NCBI GenBank assembly: GCA_964199315.1
Contig: OZ116711.1
Span: 4,650,001-4,714,000 of the forward strand
Source: Orbicella franksi
Taxonomy: Eukaryota
Direction: 5' to 3'
DNA: 64,000 bases
Shown here: in pieces, positions 27,301 through 39,900 of the stretch
Position numbering within the stretch: the stretch's first letter is position 1
Layout of the letters: each line of letters begins with the position of its first letter
The notes under the pieces: generated by a model
Seen by the model: the letters and a program-made list of their open reading frames with translations, nothing else
Databases searched by the model: none
Told to the model about the DNA's origin: nothing
Made by a program: the position numbers and the translations under genes

Positions 27301-30300
27301 ATCTTCTGAGACTTGCTTTCTTTTTCCAGATTCAAAGCCCTCCGACTGAAACCTCAGAGCAAAGACAAGGTCAGCCAGTGGCAGTTGTCAATAACTCACT
27401 GAGCAGCAATCAAAGATTGATATCGACTGGTATCGCCCAGCGAGGCAATACGGTGAGTGGCCCTGGTAATCAAAACGTGGAACCACAGCACGTGAGAGGA
27501 AGACAGGCGGTTGTGAGGAGTATACCGGGAGAACGTCTTATCGGGGTAACTAAATCAATGTGTTAACTTGTAATTAAAGAAATGTCCAATAAAAGAGAGT
27601 TGGAAAATGGTGATAATTATAACGAATTGAAGAAATGGCACTATTTAAACTTCAAAAATTTTGCTAACGTTCAGAATTGAAGCCGTCTGACAACGTAAAA
27701 AATCCGAACAAATATTGCACCCGAAAATTAAATTGCGGGCCGAAGATTTTTCCTTGAGTTGTTATGAACGTCCAATATCATGTCAGTCAAAACAATTGAA
27801 AGCACAAAGTTGCGCATCAATGTATGCCAGTCATACGTGATGAAGGAAGCATTATTGAATGCTTCTAACCTCGAAGGTTCTATTGTTTTATCTAAAGTAT
27901 TTTTTGCCCAAACATGTCTCAGACATACACACAAGTGCTTTTTCTGTTACTCTTTCATCATCAAGAATTGACTCGACGGGGGGTTGTGTCCTGGTGTACC
28001 GGTACACAGAGGGAATAACCATTGTACTCCTTTCTTTACGAGCCTTTGTGTAGCTGTTGTATATTGTTGGGTCGTTTGTATCGGTTCTTGAGTACCGGTA
28101 CACGAGGCCAGAACCCTCAGGGGTGAGCCCAGAGGAACGACTTTCGTCACACAATTAGTCTGATTCATCTATTGTAAGGCTCTCACTACCATATGGCATC
28201 CATATTAACGGGACTTGGAGTTTGCTTTGGGACAGTTTCCATATTGAGGCACTTTTTCCTGATCACTTTGGTAAAGCTGTTCTTTGTTGTTTCAGGGACA
28301 AGCTGCTATTCAAGAGGAACCAGTCAATCGCACCCCACCTGTGTATCAACCACCCCCACCCTACACCCCAAGGGAAAACCGAGTCTCTCCTCCCCTACCC
28401 CCTGAGGGTGACCGCAGGCCATCAGTGGAAACACAGCATTCATTCCGGGAAGAAGTTCCCAGCTCTCTGTCTTCATTTCACGGACGTTCAGGTGCACGAC
28501 TGTGGAGTAGTTCCACAGGGACACCAGACGCGGGACAATTAGGTGAAATGCACTCATTTAACGAGCAAGAACCTAGTTTTCTTCAAGGCCCTTTAAGGCC
28601 ACCATCGTATTACGAAGCTACAAATCAGTCCGACAGAGTACCTCTTGGAGGTGTTGTCCACCACGTCATGAATACCTCACAAGGTGTCAACAGTGCAGTT
28701 ATCACGAATGGAACTAATATAAATGAAAGATCGCCCCCTCCTCAGTACTCGGTCCAGCCGGAAGTAATTACGGAACTTCCGGTTCGGCAGGTGTTACCGG
28801 AACCGGAAGTTCCCTCAAGCGTTGGCAGGCAGCCAGTTGCTCAAGTTAGACCGGGAATGAATGGTTCGCAGAGATTTGACATTTCGCAGGAAGACGCGCA
28901 GAGATTCGAGAACAGAGTTCGACAGCTTCAGCGCGAAAGAGCGATGGAGCGTGGAGAAGTTAGCGTCGACGGAACACGAGCGAACGTCGGAGACAATCGG
29001 AGACCTCACGAAGTTGCCCCGACGATACCTCGAGTTCTCAACAGGAGTAATTCGTCTGAGTCTCGAAATTCTGAACAATCTCTGCATTCATCACAAGACG
29101 ACGATGAACCTGTCGATAATGACCCAACAATAGAACTGGTGAGGAAGTTTATTCTGCAGAGGGGAGGGAGGGGAGGGTGGGATTAACTATTCTGATAGGT
29201 TGAAAAAAATCGGTTTTCTCCGATTGACACGAGTTTGTAGCACGTGATGTACATGGTTCACACAGGCCTTGATAAGTCCATTAATAAATTTCCATATTCT
29301 TGAGAAGTTGTTGAAAATGAAAATTTGGGTTTTTTTTCCCACAAAAATCATTGAATTCTTAGTAATAGTAGTAGTAGTAGTAGTAGTACTTTTAAATTTT
29401 GTTTGTGGTTTTGTGGAAAACGTATTGTTGAATATTATTGCTGTCAATTATCCCTGAAGTCCTTGAATAGTGTTTGGAAAAAAGGCCTTAGGTCTGTATG
29501 AGCCATTATTTATTAACCAATCGGCAGAAATCTCCGCTTAAGCATTGTAGTTCGAAGCAAAGGTAACTTCGTACTTTTGAAAGTTGCGAATATGCTGGAT
29601 AGTAACGGCGGTTAGGAAACTGCGGAGAGCAGAGGGCTTCCTTTAGCACAGTAAGGTTGGCATGGTAGGATGTATGGAGATACAGAATAGTTGAAGACTA
29701 TTGTATAGGAAAATTGGAGAAAATGCTTTTTGGTCTGTTTCTTGTATGTAACTGAGTCATAATTCGTCGTTTATGTTATTTTAGAAGAGAAAAAGTAAAT
29801 TGCATTTTGTTCATTGTTTTTACAGCTTCAAGTAGAAGTTTACAAGAATCCTAATCTTGGCTTCAGTATAGCTGGTGGAATTGACTCCGGTTCAAATCCC
29901 TTTCACCCTAACGACAACAAGGTTTGTGAAAAATGGCGGCCATAGTCTTCAACATTTACCGAAGAAAGTAGTTTTGAATTCAAAGAGTGAACAACGCGCG
30001 TGCGGCAAATTTTCCTGCCTTTTCATACCATCGCTTCGTTTAGATCAAACTGTGACATCTAAATAAAACAATTATTTTATTCGCCCTTGTTGAACACGAG
30101 GTGATTATAACAATCTTGGCGTCACGCGCTTCGTTTGTTATTTATCACATTGTATTCACCGGTTCATGGAATAATTTTTTTCGTAGTATCCTGAAATTAA
30201 GAAGCATGCAAGTCACGCAGATTGAAGAAATGATCCCTTAAGGGGGATGATAACATTGATAGTGAAACAAATTCTACTAGCTAGTTTTACAAGAAATGTA

Positions 30301-31904
30301 AGGAGACACGTGAGGAGAATTATATGTTTTTATTTGATTACTTTCGTTTCATAGAACATATATGTCACGAAGGTTCAACCTGATGGGCCAGCATCGTACG
30401 GGCTCATTCCTGGAGACAGAATTCTAGAGGTGAGGAAGCACTTCATTAGACATTCCAAAGCCTTAACGTGTCAGTTAAATCATCCTGCTCATAGTTTAGA
30501 GCGGTTTTCATTTGAGTGTCGAAAAGTAATTGGTTTTGCATTACTACGCTACACGAGTGGCTTAAAAAACTTGCGCAACTTTTTCATCCAATCAGAATTA
30601 AAACCAACACCAATCGTGACTCGTTCACACACGTTTTCCCGCGCTTTGTTTCAGCTACATGCAATTACTTCAAGTTTTGATTGGTTCACTGTATTGTCTG
30701 TGTCCTTTGTGATTGGCTAAAGTGATTATTTTGGTTTTGGTTTTACGACACTCAATTGAAAACCGCTCTATCAAGAATTCTCTTTAGCTAAAAGAGCATG
30801 AAAGGTTATTACCAAGGTTATCCCTCTCAAGCTATTTTTAGAGATGGTGCTCAGTCCTCCCTCGGATGTTACCTCGCGCGTAACATGGATGCTTTCGCGA
30901 AGGATGAAAAAATGCGCGCTAAGTCTCTTGGGCCGTCTACGTGAGTGAAATAAATGGTGCAGGGTTGGCTATTGTTCGAAACGGGAATGATCGAAAATTA
31001 ACTTGACCTGGTTACCTTGGAAATAAGGCCTATGTTGGAGATTAACTCTGTTACCCTTCATTCCTTCTTGCTACAGCCTCATCAAATCAGTCCTTCATTG
31101 TTCAGCTCAATCTCTCTCTAACTTAGCCATCCCCCCCCCCCCTCTCCCTGGGAGGAGATTCCCATATGAAAAGCTGGTCAAAATTTTGAAAAGAACCCCT
31201 AAGAGGAACCAAGATCCTGTTTTGTGGGCGTGGCTTGAAAACTTGTTCACCCCGAACAGGTACCAATAGACCATTTTACAGTTGCCTGCTCAGTGACCTG
31301 GCCTTTGGACGGCAGCGAGACTGAAGTTGACGTTGCTTTGATACAGACCTCAGTGCTTTTGTCATGTAAATGCACCTAATTAGCATCAGAACAACTTGTT
31401 TTACGCAACAAAAGCAGTGAGGTCTGTATCAAAACAAGGTCAACTCCAACCTCGCTGCCATCCAAAGGCCAGGTCACCGAGCAGACAACTGTAAAATGGT
31501 CTATTCTAAAACATCACAAGACCTGACAATGACTTTTTTCGGCTCAATACCCTAAAAGGTACCACGGAACCTCCCGCTGTATGGAGGCTGAATACCCCAG
31601 GAATACCCAACCCGCTTTTTCAAACCCTGAAAGGTACGACGAGTCCCCCCGTCCTTCCTATATAAGAGTCTCCCCCGGGCGTTTTCCTTGTTGCTAATCT
31701 ATTTGTTGTTTTCCTTCCTAAAGAAAAACGAAATGACATCTACCTAGAAAAGTCGAGCAGTTGATATGTTATCATGTGTTTGTTGTTTTGCAGGTCAATG
31801 GAATCAACCTGAGACGCGTGACTCACGAGAAAGCTGTACTCTTTCTAAAACACAACCAAGTTGTGAATCTGCTTATTGCGAGAAAGAAAGAGCAACCTTC
31901 TTGA
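18388..31904 (+). CDS. ERBIN/LRRC7: LRR and single-PDZ protein of the LAP1 subfamily (Erbin/Densin-180 co-orthologue), about 968 aa in the shortest model
   Basis: 22 phase-consistent exons: 18388-18567, 18693-18810, 18926-19004, 20527-20616, 20749-20805, 21071-21134, 21390-21464, 22022-22166, 22563-22635, 23172-23217, 23380-23463, 23671-23786, 23991-24060, 24169-24268, 24597-24703, 25196-25297 (or 25390), 26267-26419, 27330-27452 (or 27545), 28296-29138, 29826-29921, 30355-30429, 31794-31904. Motifs [56 protein letters not shown]; one PDZ ([12 protein letters not shown]...NPF...[12 protein letters not shown]...GDRILEVNG). A single PDZ argues against Scribble. Confidence 0.92.
19670..20045. 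repeat. Degenerate minisatellite-like tract built of ggatct/agatcc/ctttga motifs
   Basis: Dense recurrence of aaggatcttc, aagatcttt and gatcct in LAP1 intron 3. Confidence 0.55.
22900..23105 (+). repeat. G-rich interspersed repeat (ggaatttccagagggg family) with a 23-G run
   Basis: G run 22933-22955; related segments near 20260-20400, 21860-22025 (inverted) and 37800-37890. Confidence 0.55.
24310..24480 (+). repeat. CT-rich low-complexity tract
   Basis: (CT)n and ccct/tctc runs in a LAP1 intron. Confidence 0.7.
30497..30770. mobile_element. MITE with TAGAGCGGTTTTCA TIRs (274 bp)
   Basis: tagagcggttttcatttgagtgtcg ... cgacactcaattgaaaaccgctcta; TA at both ends. Confidence 0.75.
31265..31505. 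mobile_element. Near-perfect foldback (palindromic) MITE nested in a GC-rich interspersed repeat
   Basis: aatagaccattttacagttg...ctcagtgacctggcctttgga... mirrored by ...tccaaaggccaggtcaccgagcagacaactgtaaaatggtctatt over about 100 bp per arm. Confidence 0.8.
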
Positions 31905-32549
31905 GAAACGCAGTCGAACGAAATGTCAAAAAACCTATGGTTGTAGTAGGATCTTTCAAACAAGACGAAGTACGGCACAGCAAACTGCGATGCAAGGCAA
32001 CGCTGCAATAATCGACTGAGGCTTTTGGAACACTGAGTAGTTCCGTAAAGCTCAAAAAGAGCAAAGATTTGTCACGCCTCAAGAGCTAAGTTGGCATTGC
32101 CTCGCGCTCACTTCGCATCGTCACGCAACGCTTCTGCGTAACGCAACAAGAAGACTTAGGAACGTTATCATTAACTTGAAACTGCAAATGCACTAAGGAT
32201 CCGTTTTCTTGGAAATAAAAGATTAGAAAGCGAAAATAGTACTGAGCTGCAGATTTCAGTTTTAATTAATCGACGCACTTCTGGAAAACAGTTCCTTTGG
32301 TTCCGAGCGTTAAAATTTTAATGAGATGTATGGAGGCTCAACAATGCTATGACAAAATGGGCCCATTTAGGGTTCATAAATGATAACAGCTCTGGATTCC
32401 TTAACGTATGTCTATCCGTCCCTTCAGATCCAGATTTGTTACCAGATCTTTGCTTTACTAACTAGGAGCAGAGACAGCGCGTGACATAGCGTGTTTCCCA
32501 GCCTCGTTTCAGTACAACGAGAAATCAGCTGTTAGCAGGGCATACCGTG

Positions 32550-32637
32550 CTCTCCTTTGCAGCCGTTTTTAAAGATGTCACGCAACGATCCTCCAAAGAG
32601 AGGGTTGCGTGACATCCCAAAAACGGCTGTGAAGGAG
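32550..32637. mobile_element. Short hairpin MITE (ctcct..gcagccg ... cggctg..aaggag family)
   Basis: ctcctttgcagccgttttt..gatgtcacgcaac ... gttgcgtgacatc..aaaacggctgtgaaggag; a related copy lies at 47082-47148 in the FYB-like 3' region. Confidence 0.6.
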
Positions 32638-33044
32638 TTTAATTAGGCATATCTTGGTCTCTGGTAGCTTAGCTCTCAGGAGAAAGCGACTACTGTGGAG
32701 AAAACGGCTGAAATTTTGGCTAGCTTTTTACGGTTTCTCGTGCTTAACAATGGTGATATCTCCTGGTAATTCACTACCCTGGAGCCGGCAAATAAAATAC
32801 AGAAACGAAGGACTTGTGTTTTTGCTTTGTGTTGAGTACATGAACCGGCCATAACTTTATAGAAATAAATACCCTTACTGACTGTGTGAAATATGCCGTG
32901 TCAAGTCAAATACGTCAGAAGACAGCGTTGATAATTGAGAATTCCTCCTGCCCCACATCCCCTTTCTTATAATATTACGTAAATGTGAAATGAAATAATC
33001 TACAATATCCCTGTGGGGAAAGTTATCTATGAAACCTTAAAAGC

Positions 33045-34468
33045 GAGGCCCCGTTAAGGGGGGTACCCATGTCCCCTGTCTGAAATTCGCCACCAGCCAT
33101 GTCGGCATTTCGCAAGATTCCTAAGTCGCCTGTCGGAATTTCGTCTCAATGGAGTTGTGTCGGGAAATTTGACCTTGTTCGATTAAAACGAAGCTACACG
33201 TATAACACATCGTAATACTTTTGTTTATTTAAAAAAAAAACTGACACAGTGCTCTGAAGTCGCACGCATTGAACATGAGCCTCACGCATCGAATTCAATC
33301 TTGCGCTCTCACGCTGAAGCTATTATTTCTCACGCATTGAGGGTTCCTTGCTGTTTTAGTCAAGTACATACATAATTAAGTATCTCTTTAGATATAATTT
33401 ACTCCTTGTACGTTTTGCACTTGCTTCGAACACTTTTCAGCAGTAGGAATTCCTATGCAGAGCCAGGATTTCTCCGGTCAGTGGGTTTAATGATTACTTT
33501 ATGGTTACTTTTAAAGCATCACATTTCGACTCAGAATGAAGGAAAAGACTTCTTAGCTACCTCAATTTTTCAAAATTTTGTAAGGGGCTGGGGGCATGCT
33601 GGGGGGCATATCGGGGGCATTCTTTCTAAGGGCTTGGGCACGCTTTCGAGCGCTGAAGTTGCTAACCTCCTTGGGCACGCTTTCGAGCGCTGAAGTTGCT
33701 AACCTCCTGGGGGATGTGGGGGCACGCTCCGCCCGGGAAATTTTGAAATTTAGACGCTTGGAATTGCTATTTTCAGCCATTTTCCAGTCAGTATTTGGAC
33801 CTAAAGTACAATCGGACCTATGACTATTTTTACCATGTTTATGTTTAACAACCGTTCTTTAACTCAAAATCTCAACGGCCTCAATCAGATAATCTTCCTA
33901 TGTATAATCTTCCTTTGAATTTGGCGTAACCCTTATCTTCTGCTGAAGACGAGAAGACCTTGCCAGCTTTCCCCTGTCTCTCTTTTCCTTCCATAATGCC
34001 ATTTGTTGATATTACAGCTTCATATTCTTTTACTGGTGACCCACTAATAAAAGTGTGAAGCAGACGGTCGAAGATCTCTTTTCTTTTTCCTTAAGCGTGT
34101 TTTTAGGCGTTTTAGGGCACTGCTCACTCAGCTGAGAGTGAGAAAAAATACTCAGCAATGACGGACTCGATTTATTCGACGTGGTTGTTTTAGTATATAT
34201 AGGAAAGCCTGGGTTTCGCGACCCGTCGACATCGCGCGTGAGAGAGGAAAACACATTTAAAACTCTGGAAATGCGTCTTCACTTCGACTCAGACGTTTAA
34301 AACAATCACTGCATTCTCAGTTCCGAAATTCGTTGTCGGTCCATCTTGCCATTGGTGTCGCTTTCTCTATTTCGTTGGAGTAGTCTGTCGTTCGTCGACA
34401 ATTCATAGCTCTCATGTCCCCGTTTCAAGGCCATGTCGCTTGTCGGAATTTACCCCTAACAGGGTCTC
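33045..34468. mobile_element. Putative 1.4-kb non-autonomous TIR element upstream of the FYB-like gene
   Basis: Left gaggccccgttaagggg vs right cccctaacagggtctc (inverted); subterminal catgtcccc/ccatgtcg/ctgtcggaattt motifs at both ends; internal tandem duplication (ttgggcacgctttcgagcgctgaagttgctaacctcc x2) at about 33634-33708. No ORF recognised. Confidence 0.45.
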
Positions 34469-36138
34469 TATAGCAAGAATGCCAATGAAGTCTGTCACAA
34501 AGAAATCTGGTGTTTGAGTGGAATGAGAACGATGAAGACCAACATCCAATCAAAACAAGTGTTTTTTTGAACCTTGAAGTTGACCAATCAAAATTTTTTT
34601 CAGATCGTGTCGCAGCCTTGGCGGAAGTATTTTGTGGAACGTTTTGCGCGAAGGTTAGCAAAGGGTTATGTAGTGGAATTCTAGCTAATTCTGAAGCAGA
34701 ACGAGGTTTAAAAGTTCGAGAACTTAAGCTGACCACCCTTATGTGAAAAAGAAAGGTATGTATGTCGAACATTTGATAAATTGTTCAATGTACATGCAGA
34801 TTCACGAGCTTGCTAGCTGGAACTTTTTAGCGCGGTTCAGCCCGTCCTCCGAGCCGAGCTTGGTTTTCGTCCTCATTTTGATCATTTTATATGTCATATG
34901 GTCATTTAGGAAGTAGTGGCTCGTAGCAAGCGTTCAATATTGTGATCTGAGTCGGCGAAGTTTCAATATTGTTGTTTGGCTGTTGAGCATTTGATCATGA
35001 TACGCCAGGATAGGCCAACCTTCAACCTACGATGGCCATTTGTATTTGACAGGATCTATAAACAGGACGAATGAGCTTTTTATTTAGAAAGCAAGCAAGG
35101 AAGCCAGCTGTAAAAGCGACCGAAACAACCATATTTTCGGTATAAATGTTCGCATGTTTGTTTGTCGCCTCTAGATGTCGGACCCTCGAGCAGTCAAACC
35201 TCACAACTGATAAGAGCTTGTATTTAAACATACCGTTCACTGCCATTTTGGGTTTCGTGATCACACTTATGAATTTTAATGTTTCAGTCCCGGAAGCGAA
35301 AGGAAAATGCTGCTTCAAAATGCCGTTTAGTCTTCAATTTTGTCATCAAGAGAATTATCCCTATTGCACATTCTCATTTCTTTATCGAAATGCTATTTCT
35401 AATTTGCAAACTTTTACTTTTGTTGACGTTCTCACAGGAGGTTATTAAATCTACTCAATTATGTAAACAATTTCTGTGGTTGGGAAAAAGATCAAACAAG
35501 TTTTTCAGCTCAATTAATTGTGCACGATTTGGCGGACAACAGGTTGAAATTCACTTGTCTCGGACCCTGTAAGTGTCAGAAAGGTGAAGCAAAAGGCCTG
35601 TATGGTTTTTAAGAGTATTTATTAAAAGCTCGTTACCAAGGTTTTCTTGACATATTTTCAGCTTGAGAGAATGGCATCCTATGATTTCTGCACCAGCAGC
35701 CATAAACTAGTCTTGCCTAACTAGGCCAAGAATTGACTAATTAAACTGCAGCCTTCCTACAGTGGAGCTTTTCTCTGTATTTTGTAAGAAACTGGTAACA
35801 TCAGACTGAATCCGACAATAACAAATCATATAATATTACCTTAATCTTTAATAATTGTAGCTATGCGATCTGAGCTGTGAAAGAGATACATTACATTATT
35901 ACACTGACAAATCTAGTTAGCAATTGGCAAACGAAAACTGCAAGAATGGCTTAGTTAACAATGTTTCAGATCTAGCCAACTAGCGAAACTTTCTTCTGTG
36001 GTGATATCTAGTTGAACCTATTCCACTTAATAACACATAAAATGCAGGAGAGCGAAACAGAACAGTAATACAGGTCAGCAGTAAAGACTGTTCTCTTTGC
36101 TACACAACTTGTTGCAAACACTTCTGGTTACTGTACTT

Positions 36139-36285
36139 TAGAGCAGTTTTCAATTGAGTGTCATAAATCCATAACCAAACCCATTACTTACCAATCAGAC
36201 TGCTCAGTCAATCTCAAATGGTAGTAAAGCCAAAACTAAAGTAATTACCTAATTGCTTTCGACACTCAATTGAAAACTGCTCTTA
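36139..36285. mobile_element. MITE, TAGAGC(A/G)GTTTTCA-TIR family
   Basis: tagagcagttttcaattgagtgtc ... gacactcaattgaaaactgctctta. Confidence 0.7.
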
Positions 36286-36931
36286 ACTTGAGCTATTAAT
36301 TCTTGGCACTGTTGAATCTTCTGTCTGCCCTGATCTCTGTTAAGTCTTATCAAGCATTATTTAAGCCGCGAGTATTACATTCCATATTCTTTATATAACA
36401 GATCGAACTTGTGCAAGAACATATAATCATGTGATCTAACAGGAATACATTAGCAGAGATAACATGATGTAACTAGCATACATTAGTCACGCAACAGACA
36501 GCATTCTATATATTCATTGCAGTGGTGATCTGTGGAAATTAGAAGGGCACCCACTACTGTGACTATGATTTTTGCTATTCAGTGTTGATTTTGATCATGG
36601 TGATGTGTGATTAAAACTTCTAATCTTATGGCCAATCACAAATGCAGGCAGTATGATCAACTAGTGTGCTTGCTGTAGGAAACAATTATTGTTATTTTTA
36701 ATGGCTGTGACATTTGTTTCAATGAGCCTGTAAAATCATTAAGTGTGTCAGTCTGGCTTCATACCAATGAAAATGGGGACAAGCTACCAAAGAGACAATC
36801 GTAAATTATTTACGTGAGCACTACGGGATGAATATGCACTGTATAAAGATGTGGAATAATTATTACAATACTTGATTTTTCCTTGTCAACAGATACCTAT
36901 TTAACTATTATTCCGATCACCACAACCCAGA

Positions 36932-39900
36932 ATGTCGATAACACAGAATGCAATATTGGAGAAGAAAAATTCATTGCACAGGACTCCACCACCAAAGGCC
37001 CCACAGGCTGTAAAAAAGGCATCACCCCCAAGGAACAACAAGTTCCAAAAAAGGAGTGATGATCCATCAGCTATTGCCCAGTTAATTCCTTCTATAAAAC
37101 TGAGGAAAACTGGCTTCCGTGACAGCTTGATCGCAGAAGACATTGATAACAAAAACACTGCAAATGCTGATGAGCCGACAAATGAACTTCAAAGTCTCAT
37201 GGCCCGAAGGAGAGCTTTGTCTGAGCACAAAGAAGAGGAGGAGATCGCAGAAGACATTGATAACAAAAACACTGCAAATGCTGATGAGCCGACAAATGAA
37301 CTTCAAAGTCTCATGGCCCGAAGAAGAGCTATGTTTGAGCACAAAGAAGAGGAGGAGATGAAACCAAAACCAAAACCGAAGCCTAAACCACTTAAACCAG
37401 CCCCAGAAAATATCAAGCAGGAAGAGGACAAAGAAAATGAGACTAAACTACGTTCAGATTCTGGCAGAGGTGTTACTGACGAGAGCAAAGATATTTTAAC
37501 TGATTCAAATAAGAAAATTGTTTGCCATGATTCTAGGGGAGAGCCAAAGCTCTGTGTTTTGCCAACACTTGAAAGTCTTGGGAAACCGCCACCAAAGTGT
37601 CCTAAACCTGAAAATTTAATGAAGTTATTGGAGAATTATGACAGCAATAGAATTGTGATGTCACCACGACGAAACACGTTGAATAGGCTGGAGAACAATA
37701 GCAGCTTGGGTAAGCTTTGCTTCTGTGCTTCTCACTTAACAAATCTTAATGTATAATTGTGTGGGTCATGAAATATCCATAGCCACCCCAAGGAAGTTTT
37801 TTTTTTGAAATTCTACATGTAAAGTTGGAGGGTTCAAAAGCAAAAGTATTAAAAGGAAAGTAAAAGCTTTTAAACTGGAATTTCCTGAGGGTTTTTAGCC
37901 CCACATATCTCATTCTTCTTGTATTAAAGGAGCTGTATCCACTTACATATACTCACATCATGCAACAGGGGTGCACCATTTTGGGCCAATGAGCCACATT
38001 TTAGTAGTTTTGATAAACCAAAAGTAAGCAATAATGTGACTGAACTGGATTTTAACCTGGATTTTAACCTGAAATAAAAGGAAATAAAAGATGAATGACT
38101 GATTGGAGGAGGCAGTGTGGCCGTGTGGTTAGGGCACTGGAAGTGAAATCAGAGGTTGCGGCTTAGGGTCCCATTCTGACCACAAGCTGGTGTTGTTCTC
38201 AGTTGTCCTGAGTTGAACTGCTTGGCCACACTTGTAAATAGCTAACTGGTCTGCCTCCTGCCAGTTGGAATTCTTAACCATGTTATGTTCATTAACATGA
38301 TTTGTTTCATTGTTTATTTCCACTGGCCATGAAAAGCCCAATTGGATATTATTTGAAGATTTTAGTTAATGTTTATTTTTATTTTAAAGCTAATTTTCAC
38401 CTTGGTTTGTTTTCAGATCATAGTATTGCAGAAGAGGAAGATGAAGGAGAAGAGTATGATGATGTAGATGATGATCTTAAGGCTCAGATTCTGGGCAGAA
38501 ATGAAGCTGAACAGGAAAAGGAGACTACAGCAGAGGAAGGTAATGATATAGGTCAACTTTTTGATGGTAGCTTATTTGGCATGCGTATTTGCCTTTTAAT
38601 CCATTTACGGTGAAAAGTATTCAGCTTGTTTTCAAGTAGGACCACAAGTGGTTTCAGTGCAAACAATGAGGGGGCATTTCAGGAGACTAACCTAAATATG
38701 TGGCAAATTAGCTTTTGGATAAAAAGAGTACACTAATTTTAAAAGTTGACCAGCAAACATTATTTAGTGATAAAATTTGACAATGTGCAGATTACGCTAG
38801 ATCTTGCCATGTTATTGTTCAGAGTCTTTACTGTCATCAGTCACAGCTGGCTGAGTTTCTTAACTCAGTTGCCTTGTAAGTCAACAATCTTGAACATATA
38901 CAGCAATGGAAAATTAATCTTGACAGTCCTTGCCTGACCTTTAGTTAAGCTACTACATTTCCGGTTTGAATTTGCCCAAACTGATTAAGACTCTGAGACT
39001 CACCTGGAGAGCAAGTGAGCAGGCACATGCTGATTTCCTGTATGACAAATACCTTTGGGATCCAGCTTTAGCTGTGATCCTCTCAGGGTTGATTCCTTTT
39101 CTCCAACTTTTTGCGCATGCTGTGTGAACAAGACTCAATATGTATACCTTTACTACATAACAGGAATTATGGAGGAAAACTATGATGATGTTGATGAGAT
39201 GAAAGCAAAAGTTGAGGAGATAAATAATGCAGAAGCAAAAAATACTGAACCTATCTGTGACGAGAGCTACGATGACTTAGACGCTGTGGCAGAGCAAGCT
39301 CGTGAACATTTACAAAATGGTATCATATAAAGTCTTTATCGAAAAATTTTTAGGAGAGTTTTTGCCCTAATACCAATAAGGGTTCTAGACTCCAGATCAA
39401 GCAGTTGAGTTCAAGCCCTGGCCGGGGACATTGCATTATGTTCTTGGATAAGACACTTTACTCCCACATTTCTTCTTTCCACCCAGATTAGTAACTGGAT
39501 GTGGTGAAGTAAATGGTAGGGTTAAACAATGTGATGGCCTACCATCCCATCCAGGGGGAGTCAAAATAGTCCTAGTTACTTGGAGAATTTATATTGTGTA
39601 AACTAAATAATAGATCGTTTAAATAAGTCGACATTGGCATTCTCAATTGCTGATGTGCAAGGGCCCATTGGCAAGTGGGAATCAAAAGTTACTTGTCCAG
39701 GAGGACAATTAACATAGAATTAACATTGGATAGAATGTCGACTGTGTCAAAATTCTATGGAAACCAGAGATAATCACCAGCCTGATAGGCACTGTAGGCT
39801 CGAAAACAGACATAAATACCTTTACCTAGTTATTGAATCTTTTATTTCTTTTCTATGTTGCCCCTAGATCTCATTTTCCCTACAAATCTAATTTGCAAAG

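Noticed and set aside
27860-28170. Minus-strand ORFs with a repeated VYRY motif and two GTACCGGTAC palindromes in a LAP1 intron
   Set aside because: Short ORFs with no recognisable domain or splice support; the peptide repeat follows from the DNA palindrome.
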